Shown in pieces: positions 13,132 through 25,840 of a stretch of DNA of 64,000 bases. The notes beneath the pieces are model-generated. The model saw only the letters and a program-made list of their open reading frames with translations. It was not told the DNA's origin and searched no databases. Positions within the stretch are counted from its first letter, which is position 1. The number at the start of each line of letters is the position of its first letter. The stretch comes from Takakia lepidozioides. Lineage: Eukaryota; Plantae; Bryophyta. Made by a program: the position numbers and the translations under genes. The DNA lies in the NCBI GenBank assembly GCA_030704615.1, contig CM060731.1:7378001-7442000 (forward strand), written 5' to 3'.

Positions 13132-13819
13132 ACGTTTCATGGGGTGCATGTTACCTTGGTCACCTGCCCCAACCATTCCCTTGTTAGACAGCCATCTCTT
13201 GTATCATATAGCTCACACATAAATGTCAAGGTAGGCAAAGAGGCAAAAATAAGTGTCCCCTAACCATGCACACCTTATGGGTGTGGCCCTGGGATCCAGT
13301 GCCCAGTTCAAAAAGAGCAACTATTGAAAAACTTTTATTGAATGCACACGGTTGAATTGGAAAGCAATGTTTAGAAGGAAAACACTTTCAAATTCGCAGG
13401 ACGCGGGGGAGAGAATGTTTCAATTTAGGGATGTGAATTTCATTGTAGTCCGTGCTCATTACAATGGATGGTGGGAAGAGAAATGGTGGTGCAACAGAAA
13501 ACGGAGAGTGTGTCCCCTCATGTTCCATAAATGAATGCCCTCAAGTACATTCGTAGGTGGTGTCAACATTGCTACTGCTACCACCTGAATCTGCTGAACT
13601 GCTAGAAGTATTGCTACGACCTGAAACGGTTCCATTGGCTCATGCTACCAAGTCATAGCAACCCAAGAGAGATATTGGACCACATTTTTCACAGGAAAAT
13701 TTACATTTTACCTGATGTATGCTTGAGATGAATATATGAGATGCATATGTATATATGTATATATACATATGTGGGCGAAGTAAGTTCTTATTCATTTTGG
13801 CCTCTCTATCTCCTTCTCT

Positions 13820-13912
13820 CTTGAGGGCTCTGGGGCGGTTCAGGGTGGGCTCCCACAACCTATGGATAGAGACTGGCAGATGGGAAAACCTGCAGCGGGA
13901 GGACCGCCTCTC
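13820..13912 (+). pseudogene. Short fragment of a non-LTR retrotransposon (LINE) ORF2 C-terminal region
   Basis: Peptide 'ALGRFRVGSHNLWIETGRWENLQREDRL' matches the RFRxxSHxLxIETGRW motif found downstream of LINE RT. Confidence 0.7.
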
Positions 13913-14034
13913 TCCAGCTTCCACAGGGTGTAACCACCCAAGCTCTAATCTGCCATCACAAATGTTCCCACCAACACCATTAATAAATACCAGACCTCTC
14001 TCCCATAAATACACCTACACAATCCACACAACCC

Positions 14035-14821
14035 TTAACCCCTAAAGCCGGCGTGACCCGAATCGGGTCGCAGCCGTTTTCATCCACGGATAGCTTCCGT
14101 GGATGTACTTGGATGAAAAAAATCGCCGAAGGAAAAGTGAGCGCGGCGTGGAGCTGCACATGAGGGAATTTAATGCGCCCCCATCGGACAAAGTCTCAGG
14201 CCGCCACGATTTTTCTAAGCCCTCGAATCCATGGCGTGGGCCCATTGACCTGCCACGTGATAGTAACTGTGTGCACCCATCTACACTCATGCTTTTGGAT
14301 TTTTCTAAAATCAATTTCACATTCCTGTTCAACTTTGGGCAGTGCAAGATTGCACCAGAGGAAAGTGCATTTGGTTACAATGTGCAGGATGTATGCAACA
14401 TTTTATGTGTCACTGCCAAGTGCACCCCCCCTAATTGCACATACAAACCAGCTAGTAGATTTTTCTGGAATTTGGTCCTCCAATTTCAGGAGGAGACCTC
14501 TAACCCACCAAGGAATCTGTCTGAGTTGGTCGAGGACTGAGCAAAAAAAATTGTGATGGTAAATTTCCTTGGTCAAAGTGATTTTTTCTGTCTACATTTG
14601 CTTGGACTTGATAAATCCACCATGGTAATTCATTATAATCTCCCTAAATTGACGGTCATTTCTTCTGAAATTTGGTTAGTAGCTACGTGGAGTAGGTAAG
14701 AACCAGTTAGTATGGTTCAATTCCCTGGATGAACCCCTGCTGGCAGATATGGGGTTATTCATGACAATGGGTCCCATTTTTGGGTTGTTTTCCAATTTGG
14801 CTCCCCGTGCTTAGGGGTTAA
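14035..14821. mobile_element. Non-coding TTAA-flanked MITE-like element with CCCC..GGGG ends (piggyBac-like)
   Basis: Left end TTAA|CCCCTAAAGCCGG (14035); right end CCGTGCTTAGGGG|TTAA (14821). Short imperfect TIRs, no transposase. Confidence 0.45.
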
Positions 14822-14855
14822 TACATACATCAAGACAAAATGTGATGCACCCTTA

Positions 14856-16273
14856 TTAACTTCCTACGCGACCTGATACGAGTCGCACTGTTGGACCCAC
14901 CATCGTAACATCCTCATATGAAGTTTTTTGTCATCCATTTCTTCTAAGCATTTATTGCAGATGAGGTGGCCCACCTGCTCAAATTTATTGCATGCCATTT
15001 GGAGCAAGCAGGCGACCTCCAAATTTTTTTGAAGGGACACGAATTAGGTGAATGAGAGTTAACTATGTATCCCAACTCATTTACCCAGTTTGGGAAGGTC
15101 AGGCAACCCGACACTGTGGGAAGAGTGGGGCCGCAGGAGGTGCTAGCATAGAAGTAGGAGGGGGTGATGGGAGGTAGACACCTGGACGGTTTTTCTTTTT
15201 CTTTTATACGGCTTGGGATGGGGCGGTGGGCCCAAGACATGCGCAAAAGACGCCGCCCTTCTAGATCTTTCCAGAAGTAGCGGGATGAGGCGGTGGGCCC
15301 CCTTCTAGAAGGCTCCACCACCACCGCCTCCAAAAACTATATAAGGAGGGGAAGGGGGGTACACAGTTTATTAGGATTCTCCCGCCTCCCTTTGGTGGGC
15401 CCCTTAGAAAATAAAAAATTGGAACCTTAACCATCAACTAATTAAAAAATCTCTTACTATGCAACAATAACAATTTGACGTGGGACCTCGGCCACCCGAG
15501 GTGCTACTCAACCTATATGAATTTAAGTTTTCTCCATTAGATTCTCTTGAAAATTTGCCTAGTGCTTCAAGGTGTTGTAAGACAGCCCCTCACCAGAGGA
15601 ATTTGGTTGGCTCTGTCCCTTCAGGGCAGAGACTTTGCATCATGTTGAGGTCAATGGAGAAAATGTGGTCAACGGACCTTACACCGTGTCAAGAGCACGA
15701 TTGGTCTAAAAAAGCTCTTAAAGTATAAATTGGCAACTTGTCAAAATTGTTGCTTCAATGGACAGAGCCTCTCGCAGTTTGCGGCTTGTTTAATTACAGT
15801 TTTTGGGATGACATGTTTTGGAGGACATTCAAGTTTGTATATGCTTGTTAGGGATGGACATGTCAACCCTCACCAAGACACATACAAAGCAGCATATGTA
15901 GGAAAATGTTGGTTTGATGTGAAAGTTGGCATGCACTTTATACTTGTGCTATACATTATGAAAATTTGGGGTAGGCCTTTTGGAAAATTCAAAAAGCCCC
16001 TCAAGAAGCTTGGTCAAAGCAAATAAAGGTTTATTTCAAAGCAAAAACCATTAAAAATAAAAATAAAAATAAAAAAAATCCCAAACAAACAATATAATCT
16101 CTCAAATTCAACGGTGGAATTTCTTAAAATTTAGGGAGATGGTGTAGAGGCCAAGTAGGTATGTATGTGTAAGGTTCATTTTTGTGGATGAATGTTGGTA
16201 GGTAGGTAGCCTCCCATTAGTTCCAAGGGTAATACTTTTTTAGAGTGAAAAATTTAACCTCGGAGGAAGTTAA
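14856..16273. mobile_element. Second non-coding TTAA-flanked element with short inverted ends
   Basis: Left end TTAA|CTTCCTACG; right end CGGAGGAAG|TTAA (reverse complement TTAA|CTTCCTCCG). Confidence 0.35.
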
Positions 16274-19200
16274 GGGTTAAACTATGGATTACTACTATAA
16301 TAAAAGCTCTGTGCATACTGCATACCACATCATACATACATCCAACAGACGTATAACAACCTCTCTCATCTAATTCCAGTTATAATACTAGAAAGTGTGT
16401 ACAAACTCAACAATGAACCCCCATGCAAATACAAAAAACATAACCAAACAAACATACATAACAAACATAAACCCTACCCACAAACAACCACTAACTGCTC
16501 ATTCAAAACATACAGATTACCAGACCACTACATCAAACGACACCTGGTGCACTACTACTTGCCAACACCCAAACATCATACTAGCTGAATGCCGACTTAT
16601 CCACACCATCAAAGCAAATAACCAACTACTCCAGCTTTCAGAAACAAGGGACGAATTGAAAAACAAACATTAAATCTCCACTGCACTTGCTGAGGCTTCC
16701 CAGCCGCTAAGCAGAGCCCTTTCGGCTCCTTCATTCAGCAATCTGATTCTTGTTGCCCTGGTCAAGACAAAAAGTGGTCCACATGGGTTACTAATGGGTG
16801 CTAGGCCAGTGCAAACGTGACTGGCATGCCAGTCCAAGATATGTCTTCCAGTCTCAGAGGGAGAACAACGCCTCTCATTTTACAATAATTGGGACGTTAT
16901 GGCACACGAGCGAGCTGCCGGTGGGCCCCGCGCACGGATGCACGGACGCCCGGCTCCCCCCACCCGGACACACACACACCCCCCCCCCCGGCCGCTGCGC
17001 GCGGTCGCCTAGCCCTACCCGCGGCCAGTCCGCTTCCCCTCAGTCCGCCAGTCTGCCGGCCAGTCCCCGCCAGTCCACCCAACAATCCATTGTGCCCGTC
17101 TGCTGCCCCCCAGTCTGTCAGTCTGCTAGTCCGCGCAGGCTGAAGGATCTGGATCGTCCATTATGAGAAACCCATCCGTGCTATCCATGTTTAGGGCATG
17201 GAAAATCGCAACATCCTACCACGAACTCGGCCACTCGTTCTTGTTGTCTCGTTCTTGCGGCTCTTTGTTGTCCAACATCGCGGAGCTGACTTTGCACGCA
17301 CACAGCTGTTCTTCTTGTTTAGGGCGATTTTAATGATGATGAAGGGTGTGCCTGAACATGAGAGGGCTGGCGGGGCTCTATAGCCACCATCGTGCATATG
17401 CTTCCCACTATTTTCGTCTTCGTTTTGTGCTGACGTGGTTATTTTTAAGGACGATATGTGGAAACATTGCATGCGTTTTCGGTTTGTGGTATGTGTCCGA
17501 GTCCGAGCTCCTTCGTATGGAGCAGGAAACCATTGGTAACACGATAGCGGAAATCACGGAAGCATATGCACGTGGGGGCGTGTATACATTGTAGAATTTA
17601 TGTCCACCGATGAGACTGTTCAGGGGAGGATGTCTCTGCCACCACATGTCTGGGAACTACGGAGAGTGTGAACGGAACAGGATCCAGTCCGAAGGTCCTC
17701 AAAGATCCAGATGCACTTCTTGAATCATCATATCTCAACCACTATTGTCTCCTTGCAAATTGGACAATGGAAAATGAGACGTAGCCTGAGAGATGTGGAT
17801 TCATGTTGTTTGTGGATCTTTGAGGTCCTTATGACTGCAAATGCGCGTGGATCAACAGGCTCTTCGACTGCGTCTTTGTTACTACTTTCTCTAAACAGTG
17901 TGTTGTGTCATGAGTATGGGCATATGTAAGTCTGCTGGACAGATGAAATGCAACCACGACATGACGGCGACGCCAAGCGTGGTTCTGATGGGATATCAGT
18001 CTGGTCTACTGGACTGTTGGTCTGTAGGGATATCAGTCTGGTCTACTGGACTGTTGGTCTGTAGGGATATCAGTCTGGTGTGGCGCAAGTCTGTTCTTCA
18101 GTGGACTATTGGGCCGTCACTGCCTGCCGAATTCCGAAGTTTCTTCTCTCGTCAGTCTGTTGAACCGTCGGTCAGCTGGAAGTCCGCCTCTTCGGATATG
18201 AGTCCGTTAAACTACTACCTTTTAAATATCCGCATTGTCGTGAGTCTGCTGAGCCGTCGGACTGCTGGTCTGTCGGTCTCTTCTGATATCAGTCAGCTAG
18301 ACTGTCACGAAGTCAGTATGCTATAGCGCAAGTCTGTTTGCGATGGGTCTGTTGAGCTGTGATTATGATCACGTGTAAGTCTGTTGGACCTATGGATGCA
18401 ACGACGGCGGGAAGGGGCGCCAGTGATCTCGCACCGCGTCCGAACTCGGATAGAAAGTGCGGTTTACGGTTCAGTCCTCTACTCTCGTATCACCCGGCCG
18501 CCTAAGGGATACTTTGTCTTTTGGGATATTAGTCTGTTAGAAATCAGTCTGTTATCGTGCAAATTACTCTGCGTCAATCTCTTCGTCAGTCTGTTGAACA
18601 TTTCGTCTGCTGGACTGTCCGTGCAGTGGCATATAAGTCTGTTGTTACGCAAGTTTGTTTGCAGTGGTCTGTTTGGCCGTTTTGTCATTAGGTGTAAATT
18701 TGCTGGACGCAATAAATGCAGCGACGGCGGTAAGGAGGCCCAATCATGTCGCGCCATGTCATCAGTCTCCTCACCAGACTCCGCACTCACATCCGTCTCT
18801 TCGTCAGTCCTCTTAACCTCAGTCGTCAGCCTGTCCTTGCGGTGGCATATGAGTCTGTTGTACTCGAGGGTACTGGGTCTGCTCGGCCGTCTTTGTCATC
18901 AGGAGTAAGTCTGCTGGACTTAATGAATGCGGCGACGGCAGACTGACGAGAGTCCCACTCATCTCGTCTGCCTTAGTCTCTTCTTCAGTCTGTTGAACCT
19001 TCCGTCTGTTGGACTGTCCGTGTAGTGGCATACTGACAGCACGTGTGAGGGGTCTGCAACTATTTAATGCGGTGGTGGCCAAAAAGGGGCGCTAGTGAAA
19101 TGTCGCCACGTCACTCCGCGCAATGCGTCGGCATGCAAGGTTATACCTGTTCTCCACTTACCACTGGACTTCTTTCGCACTGTTTCATTTTAGGCCCGTC

Positions 19201-19427
19201 CACCTCTCATTTGTGCGAGACCGCTTTCCTTTGTGCGTGTTAAATTTTCGAGGCGCGGAGAGTTGCGTGAGCACCAAACCGTCGCCTGCCCGGTGAACTT
19301 TCTTCTTTGTGTTTTGGTTTCTTTCCATTCTCTTTTCCGATCTTATCTGCTTTCTTATTCTTATTCGCTCCATATCATAGTCTATCTGTCGCTCATTGCC
19401 CTGCATCTCTTGTCTGATTCTGCACCC

Positions 19428-22400
19428 ATGGAGGATGCTTGTGAAAAAGGTGGAGCGGACTGGTTGCATTTCGTGCACAAGTCCAGGCTAAAGGAGCAAG
19501 ATACTGGTACTCACTTGAGGAGTATGATGCGAAAATAGTCGAAGCATTCTAAGACCTCCGCGCAATCAAGCCTGCAAACTCAACTGGCAGAATGATAAGC
19601 TCCACTATCCCTTTTGTAATGAAATTATCAAGGACAAAGTGCAGCTAAACCGCCTTTGTGTTGACACGGGTTACAAAAACAAACGCCACATCCCACCTGC
19701 CTTCAAGCTGTGGCCAGTTCAAAGTTCAATGAGGGTGGTGAATACGGCCAACGCCAGACTCCGCGGTGCAAACCCAAAGGCCCGCACTTTGGCGGGTGTG
19801 CGCGCACGGTATGGGGTGGGTTCTACTGTTTCAATGCAAGATGTGCATGACCTGCCATCGCCATCGCCTGTCGCTCCCAGAAAAAAGAAACTTAGTGATG
19901 GGGCCCAGAAGAAAGAAAGAGAAAAGGCTGCAAGGTCTGCTCGGGAGGCCAGGGCAAAATCTCAACAGCAGACTCATCCCCAAGACAGTCGGGAAGTGTC
20001 ACGGGCTATGCCAGGGACATGGTCTACGCAGTAGACGCAGACCATCAGTAGTTCAAGTGAGAGTCAGTCTACTGAGTCATCTGCAGACATCATCCGGAAT
20101 GATGAATTCGCAGGTCTGGGAGGGTCTCATCTCCCGTCGGCATTGTCTTGTCTGACCAGTCGAGGGCCCATGTGGACAAAGTCTAGTCGAAAGAGACTAG
20201 CAGTGGAGTCTGTCCTGGCACATTGCGGTTGCTACCTTTTAGGCTTCTCCCATCGGTGTGCCCACTAGTGGACGATCCAGAGTTCTTCCGTTTTTTCTAC
20301 AGTTTTGCCCAATCCGGACAACTCAACAGAACCATCCGAACAGCGAAGGAAAATTGATTGAGCTCCCTTGAAGATAATGAGGACGTCTATGGTGATGAGG
20401 AGGAGGAGGTAATGCCCAGTCTGTCCCTACAATTGGTAGTCTACCTACTCGATCTGCTGCATCAGTCTGCTTGTGGACTTGCTAGTCAGTCCCATGAGTT
20501 TGCTCGTCTTGCTTCCTGAGTCCAGTCATACAGTCCCCTCCTGCAGTCCACTGTAGGTGCGCAGGTGTTTGTTGTCATAGAGTCTGTTGGTTCAGTCTAC
20601 TGTACATGCGCAAGTGTCTCTTGCCGTTGAGTCTGTTGGAGTCCGCTGGTTCATTTGTTCTGTGCCACGATGCTGGTGAGTCTGCTGCTGGTGAGTCTGA
20701 TGCTGAGTTTTTGGGTTTTATGTCATATACCAGAATGAACGAGCCAGTATTCGGGAGGCCATGTGTGCTTGGCGGACGGTGAGCTCCGACCCTCCTTTAG
20801 CAGTGAATATGGTGCGCCGGGAAGTGGAGCGGGTGCGGGAGTACATATTGTTCAAGTATCATGGCTCAGTAGATGCCATAGCAGCACTAGACTCTGCAGA
20901 CAAAGCACGCGCCAACTCTCCGGTTAACACCATACTGACTGCAGACTCGGTGGACACAGGGGCCCACCCAATCTGGAATCCAGCAGACTCTTGCCCCCCA
21001 GACTCTTTCCTAGCAGACTCCCATCCAGCACAATTTTGGCCACCAGACTCACAGTCAACACAGTCTTGTCTAGCACACTCCCATCCACCAGACTCTCGTC
21101 CAGCATACTCCCATCCACCAGATTGCTTTGCAGACTTCCAACCAGTAGACTGCTATTCCGGAGACTCCGAGGCACCATACTGCTATTCAGGAGACTCCCA
21201 GCCATCAGACTGCCACCCAAAAGACGCCCATCCACCACAGTGTTGTCCAGCGGACTCCAAGCCAGCAAACTCCCATTGAGCGGACTCCCAGCCAGCAGAC
21301 TCCCATTGTCACGACCACCACGGGACTCTTTGGAGTTTGGCGCGCACCATTGCTGCTCATTGATCCCGAAGCTGTGGACCTGACACTTGCCCGACTGAGG
21401 GTGGGGGAAGTCAATGCCAATGTGGATTGGTATAATGAGCTCCATTGCATTGTCACGGACGGCCGGTGGTCATTTGTTCCCTTTCATTATTCCATGGAAT
21501 TTACTATGGCAGAAGTGAATGAAGTTCTCGAAAGCGCACATTATGTGGCCCTGGCAGCCACGAAGGTCCAAAATGCCCCGCCACTGCTTGTCCAATTAAT
21601 CCTCATGCATGACCCATGGCCTCAGGAACTGAGACATATGCCCATGGCACATCCTACCTTTGGGGTGTGGGGAAAGCACTTGTTTGGAATTACTGAAGAG
21701 TACTTTGATCACATTGCTAATTCCTTCCTTCACCATTGATGGATGCAGTTCGGCAATTTCCGTTCCTATAATAAATTGGTAAAGGAGCTGCAAAGTTTGA
21801 GGAAGTATTTGTTTCATTCAGATTCGGATGCGGGTAAGAAGAGTGTTGTGGATGAGGCGTTGCAACAGTTTGCTGCGGTAATGGAGCGAGCATTGTTTGA
21901 CATTGTCTTGAACAGACCAGATGTGTTCAAAGTCCTTTGGTGCGGCTCCCCATTTGAATACCGCATGCCAGCGATTCGCCATCTCAATGGAGCATGCTTG
22001 GAACGCCAAATCAAAGATATTGGTCTCATTGGCAGCCTCCTAGAAGGTAATGTCGGCTTCTTCTGGACCGTTGTGAAGTTCATGGTCTTTTCTTCCACCC
22101 TGCTGTTAGACTCACTTTGTCCAACTCATCTGTTTCAGGATTGTCCGATTTAGACGAGCACGTGCAGTCTGCTTTCGATTCCCTTCCCAGAGGTGCAGAG
22201 ATGTTGTGCTGGCGTTACAGGGACTCCATGAGACCGTTCAGCAGACTGCTGAAGACGCCATTGCTCAGCAGACTGACCCACTGCAACAGAAAGAACATGA
22301 ACAGATTGTCCACACTATCCTAGTCAATGTTCAGGAGAGTGGGCGCAATACAGGCCACACCGAGGACGAGGAGACACATGAGCAGACCGGCGAGCAGACC

Positions 22401-22620
22401 GAAGGAGTGCCTCTGCACCAGCAGACTGATGACCTGCCTCTGCAGCAGACTGTGCAGCATACCATTGATGGGGTTGTCAAACAGACCGTCTAGCATACCA
22501 ATGACCAGACCGTCCAACAGACTGAAAGTAGTCACCACAATGACAGTGCCCAACAGTTTGTCCAATAGATTCGTAAAGAACAAACTCTCGGCCCCTGTTG
22601 AAGTCATCGATGGATGACCA
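19428..22620 (+). pseudogene. Decayed spliced gene of unknown family, probably transposon cargo
   Basis: Chain of protein-like + strand ORFs (19639..20034, 20761..21279, 21350..21739, 21743..22153, 22206..22493) broken by stops/frameshifts. Apparent GT-AG intron 20409-20733. No recognisable domain. Confidence 0.45.
20935..21310 (+). repeat. Coding 15/30-bp tandem repeat (ADSHP/PDS-type pentapeptides)
   Basis: Repeating 'cagactcccatccac' variants inside ORF 20761..21279. Confidence 0.8.
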
Positions 22621-22676
22621 TTAGCATCAGGAAATGTGGACCATGAAACTCGATCACTTGAAGTGAAGCTTAAAGA

Positions 22677-23306
22677 TCAAGCATCACATATTGTTTTCAA
22701 CATCATTTGGTAGTCTTTAACTAGGACGGTGAAACTGCTAACTGGGGAGTGAAAATAATGGAGATAAAGAGAAGGTTTAGCAGGAGCACTAAGTTGGCGG
22801 ATAGCTGAGAGGTTAGCCGAGAGGCGCAAAGGAGGGCGGCGCTCCGCCCTCCCATCGTGAGACCACTCGTCATTTGTACATGGTGGCATCCTGTAGGGGA
22901 CACGTCGTCTCCTGGTACGCGCCGCGCTTCGGGGTTTGTACACCCTCTCAACCTCTCCACAAAATCAGACCTGCTTCGGGAGCTCAGCAGCGGGCCAGGG
23001 TTTTAGCGGCAACTCAACCTCGTCCCAACCATCCTCCATGTTCAACCAAGGACAACCCTCCCCATCAATGACATGCCTATTCAACCTAACCTTATCCTTC
23101 ATGGGCCGCCCACAAAACTTGCACTTATAGGGATTCCTTTGTTTCGCGCCATCACGAACTCTGAGGTCCGCCTCTGCCTCCACTATCATCTCATCCCACT
23201 CAGTTGGTGTACACCATAAAGGAACCTCATCCCCTTTCTTAGGCTTGTGCCAAAAAACCAGCATACCATCCTACGGGAGAACAACCTTAGGCCTAGTCTT
23301 CGCCAT
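22677..23306 (-). pseudogene. Small zinc-finger ORF (Cx2Cx12H) with two in-frame stops
   Basis: ORFs 23271..23504, 22965..23264 and 22677..22943 share one frame: MAKTRPKVVLP*DGMLVFW..YKCKFCGRPMKDKVRLNRHVIDGEGC..KQV*..YKPRS. Confidence 0.55.
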
Positions 23307-24754
23307 CAGCAACAAGCACACGACGCCAAAATACACAAAAGAAAACGCAAGGAACAGAAGCCAGAGAAAACAAGGAAGAGCACACGGATTGCAACGAACA
23401 AAAGAAAAACACAACGCATAGACAGCAAAGAGGATATGAGTAGAGTAGCTGAAAAACCACAACAAAAGAGCCGCCACCGAAGAGTCGCTTCGCGAGGAAG
23501 ACATTCCGCACGTGCAGTGTACCTAGGGGAGCGGGCACGTGGGGGAGCAGGGGATCAGTCGATGGACACGTGGCGACAGCACCAGACTGGGGATCACTGA
23601 TGTCGACATGTGGGGAGATCTAGGCGGTCATAAGGGGGAGCAGGCATGGGGAGATGTGAAGGGGGAGCAAACCCCTAGGCAGTGTTAGAACATGGGAATC
23701 AAAGTATAGGGACCAGACACGTGGGGGGATGTTAGTAGAGGGGAGCAGACATGTGCGAAGAGTACTGGATGTGACATGCATGGCGATTCTGTGGTCAGGG
23801 AGGTGACACGTGGGCAGCGAAGACAAGGGGAGCGGCGGGGGGGGGGGGGGGACCAGACAGTGGGGGGAGCAGAAACTCAGGAGGGATTGGATGTTTGGGG
23901 TTTTGCAAGTGAGGGGTTGAGGGAGGGAGACAACTCATGAGAGGAAGGGGACCAAAACTGCAGGGGCAGGGAACATGAGAAGAGACCGTTGTGTAGGACG
24001 AGTAAAACACCATGCTAGGTCGAAAAAGAAATCCCTATAAGTGCATGCATTATGAGCTAGCCCGTATACAACCATCTTGGACTCTGCAACTCCATCAATC
24101 CTATTCAGCTGCTTGATATGCAACCATGTTTGATTCTGCAACACACAGATGTTTACATGTCAATCTAGCAAGGTAAGTAGTATGAAAAAGCAAACATGAA
24201 GTTGAGGCTGAAGTTTAATATGCACAAGCTACTATAGTTACTGATCCTCATCCCCCTGCACATGGGATTTGGTGCAGCCTATGCCAATCCTCTAGTTCAG
24301 CTTTCAAAACAACAAACAACAAACAAGAAAGAGGAAAACAAGAAAGAACAACAAAAGAAGAACAAGAAGAACAAGAAGAGAAGAAGAAAACCCCCTATAC
24401 GCATTGTATGCAAGACGCTCGTCGCAAGAGAATCGAAAACGTCATAGAGCGCACACGATTGAGACCCCGGCAGGTCATCCCAAACCCATCAAAGCAGGAG
24501 CACGAACAAGCATGACAGCTGGAAACCCTAAACCAGGGAGATGGAGAAGCCTACCTCCACGACGAAGTGAATAGCACATGCAAGTCCACGTGATGCGATA
24601 CCCACCGTTGGAAATGGAAGGGATTGGGGGATCGGTCGAAGGGGGATCAAAGCAGGAGATCGGCGGCAAGACCAAGGAGGGGGATGGACAACCAGGGGAG
24701 CACCATGCAGTGGACCATCGCGCAAAACTATCGGACAGCGGGGGGACGGCCACA

Positions 24755-25680
24755 TCACGTTGAAGAGGGCCAAGGGGGATCAGTCCCCGGGGGAGCAGGG
24801 GATCGGGCTCCACCCGCTTTTCCTTTCGAAGCACCGGGTGCCGCCTTGACTTGTGAAGGCCCTCCCTTCGATTTCCACGTGCCATTGTCGCCGCGTGGCC
24901 TATCCCACTTCTTTTCCGGTCGGAAGGAGTCACCTTCCCGCCGGGTCTTCTTGTGGTTCAGCTCCGTACGGCCTTGTCTTTCACCCTTAGGGACATCCGA
25001 GAAACATTCAGCCCTCTCAATTGCCTCGTTCAAAGTCTTAGGTGGCTTCTCCTCCAACTTCCGCCTGGCCCATGGGGCCAGTCTCGCCACAAAGTTGAAG
25101 TCCATTTCTGGTTCTGCCATGTCCGCGACTTCGAGCAACAGCACATTGAAAGCCTGGACATATCCCCGAATGTCATATGTTTGCTTCAAATTCCTCATCT
25201 TGTCCCGGGCGAGCCAAGACGCGTTGAAGGGCACAAACTGCCTCTTCATCAATCCTTGAACCCACTCCAGTTCAAGGTTTCCGGGCTTGGACCTCGGTCG
25301 TGAAGGCGTTTTTGCCACCATTGTTGAGCATAGCCCCTCAAATAGGTGGGAGCCACTTTCACCCGATCCTCGTCACTCAACTTGGCTGCCCGGAAGTACT
25401 ACCCAACTCCAAGAGCCAGGTGTTGAGTGCCTTCCGATTTTGGATGCCCTCGAAGGTGTCGGGTTCCTTTGGCTTCACCTTAAACTTTGCCTTAGTGGAA
25501 GTGGTATTAGCCGCCTTCAACACGTCTTTCAACGTCCCGCCAAATTGCGCCAACAACCCTTCCCAAAGGCTGCCGGCATGGGAGGCATCTGTTGGTCGGT
25601 CGGAGCTCTCAAGGATTCCTCAGGCTCCGACTCCTCAGATTCCTCCCGCTCTTGAGCGGCCTCGTTTTCGGAAACATGAT
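24755..25680 (-). pseudogene. gag: Ty3/gypsy gag (retrotransposon gag domain), frameshifted, no pol following
   Basis: 'FVPFNASWLARDKMRNLKQTYDIRGYVQAFNVLLLEV..FVARLAPWARRKL..PKTLNEAIERAE', located downstream of a PBS and LTR. Confidence 0.85.
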
Positions 25681-25825
25681 CGCTTCCTCAAACGGCCGCC
25701 TCGGTGATACGTCGCCCCCATCGGGCTCACCAGGATCATCATATTTTGGGCCGTTCCGCTTTCGCTTTGGCTTGCCCGACCCCGTGATGAGGCCAATCCC
25801 AAGGACGATCGCGTACTGAACTCTA

Positions 25826-25838
25826 AGTTTTGATACCA
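25826..25838 (-). promoter_or_regulatory. Primer binding site, tRNA-iMet type
   Basis: Minus strand reads LTR..CA-ct-TGGTATCAAAAC, a variant of TGGTATCAGAGC. Confidence 0.8.
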
Positions 25839-25840
25839 AG

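Noticed and set aside
16670-16770. Possible terminal exon on the minus strand (..RLLNEGAERALLSGWEASASAVEI*)
   Set aside because: Short, no recognisable family and no upstream exons could be linked.
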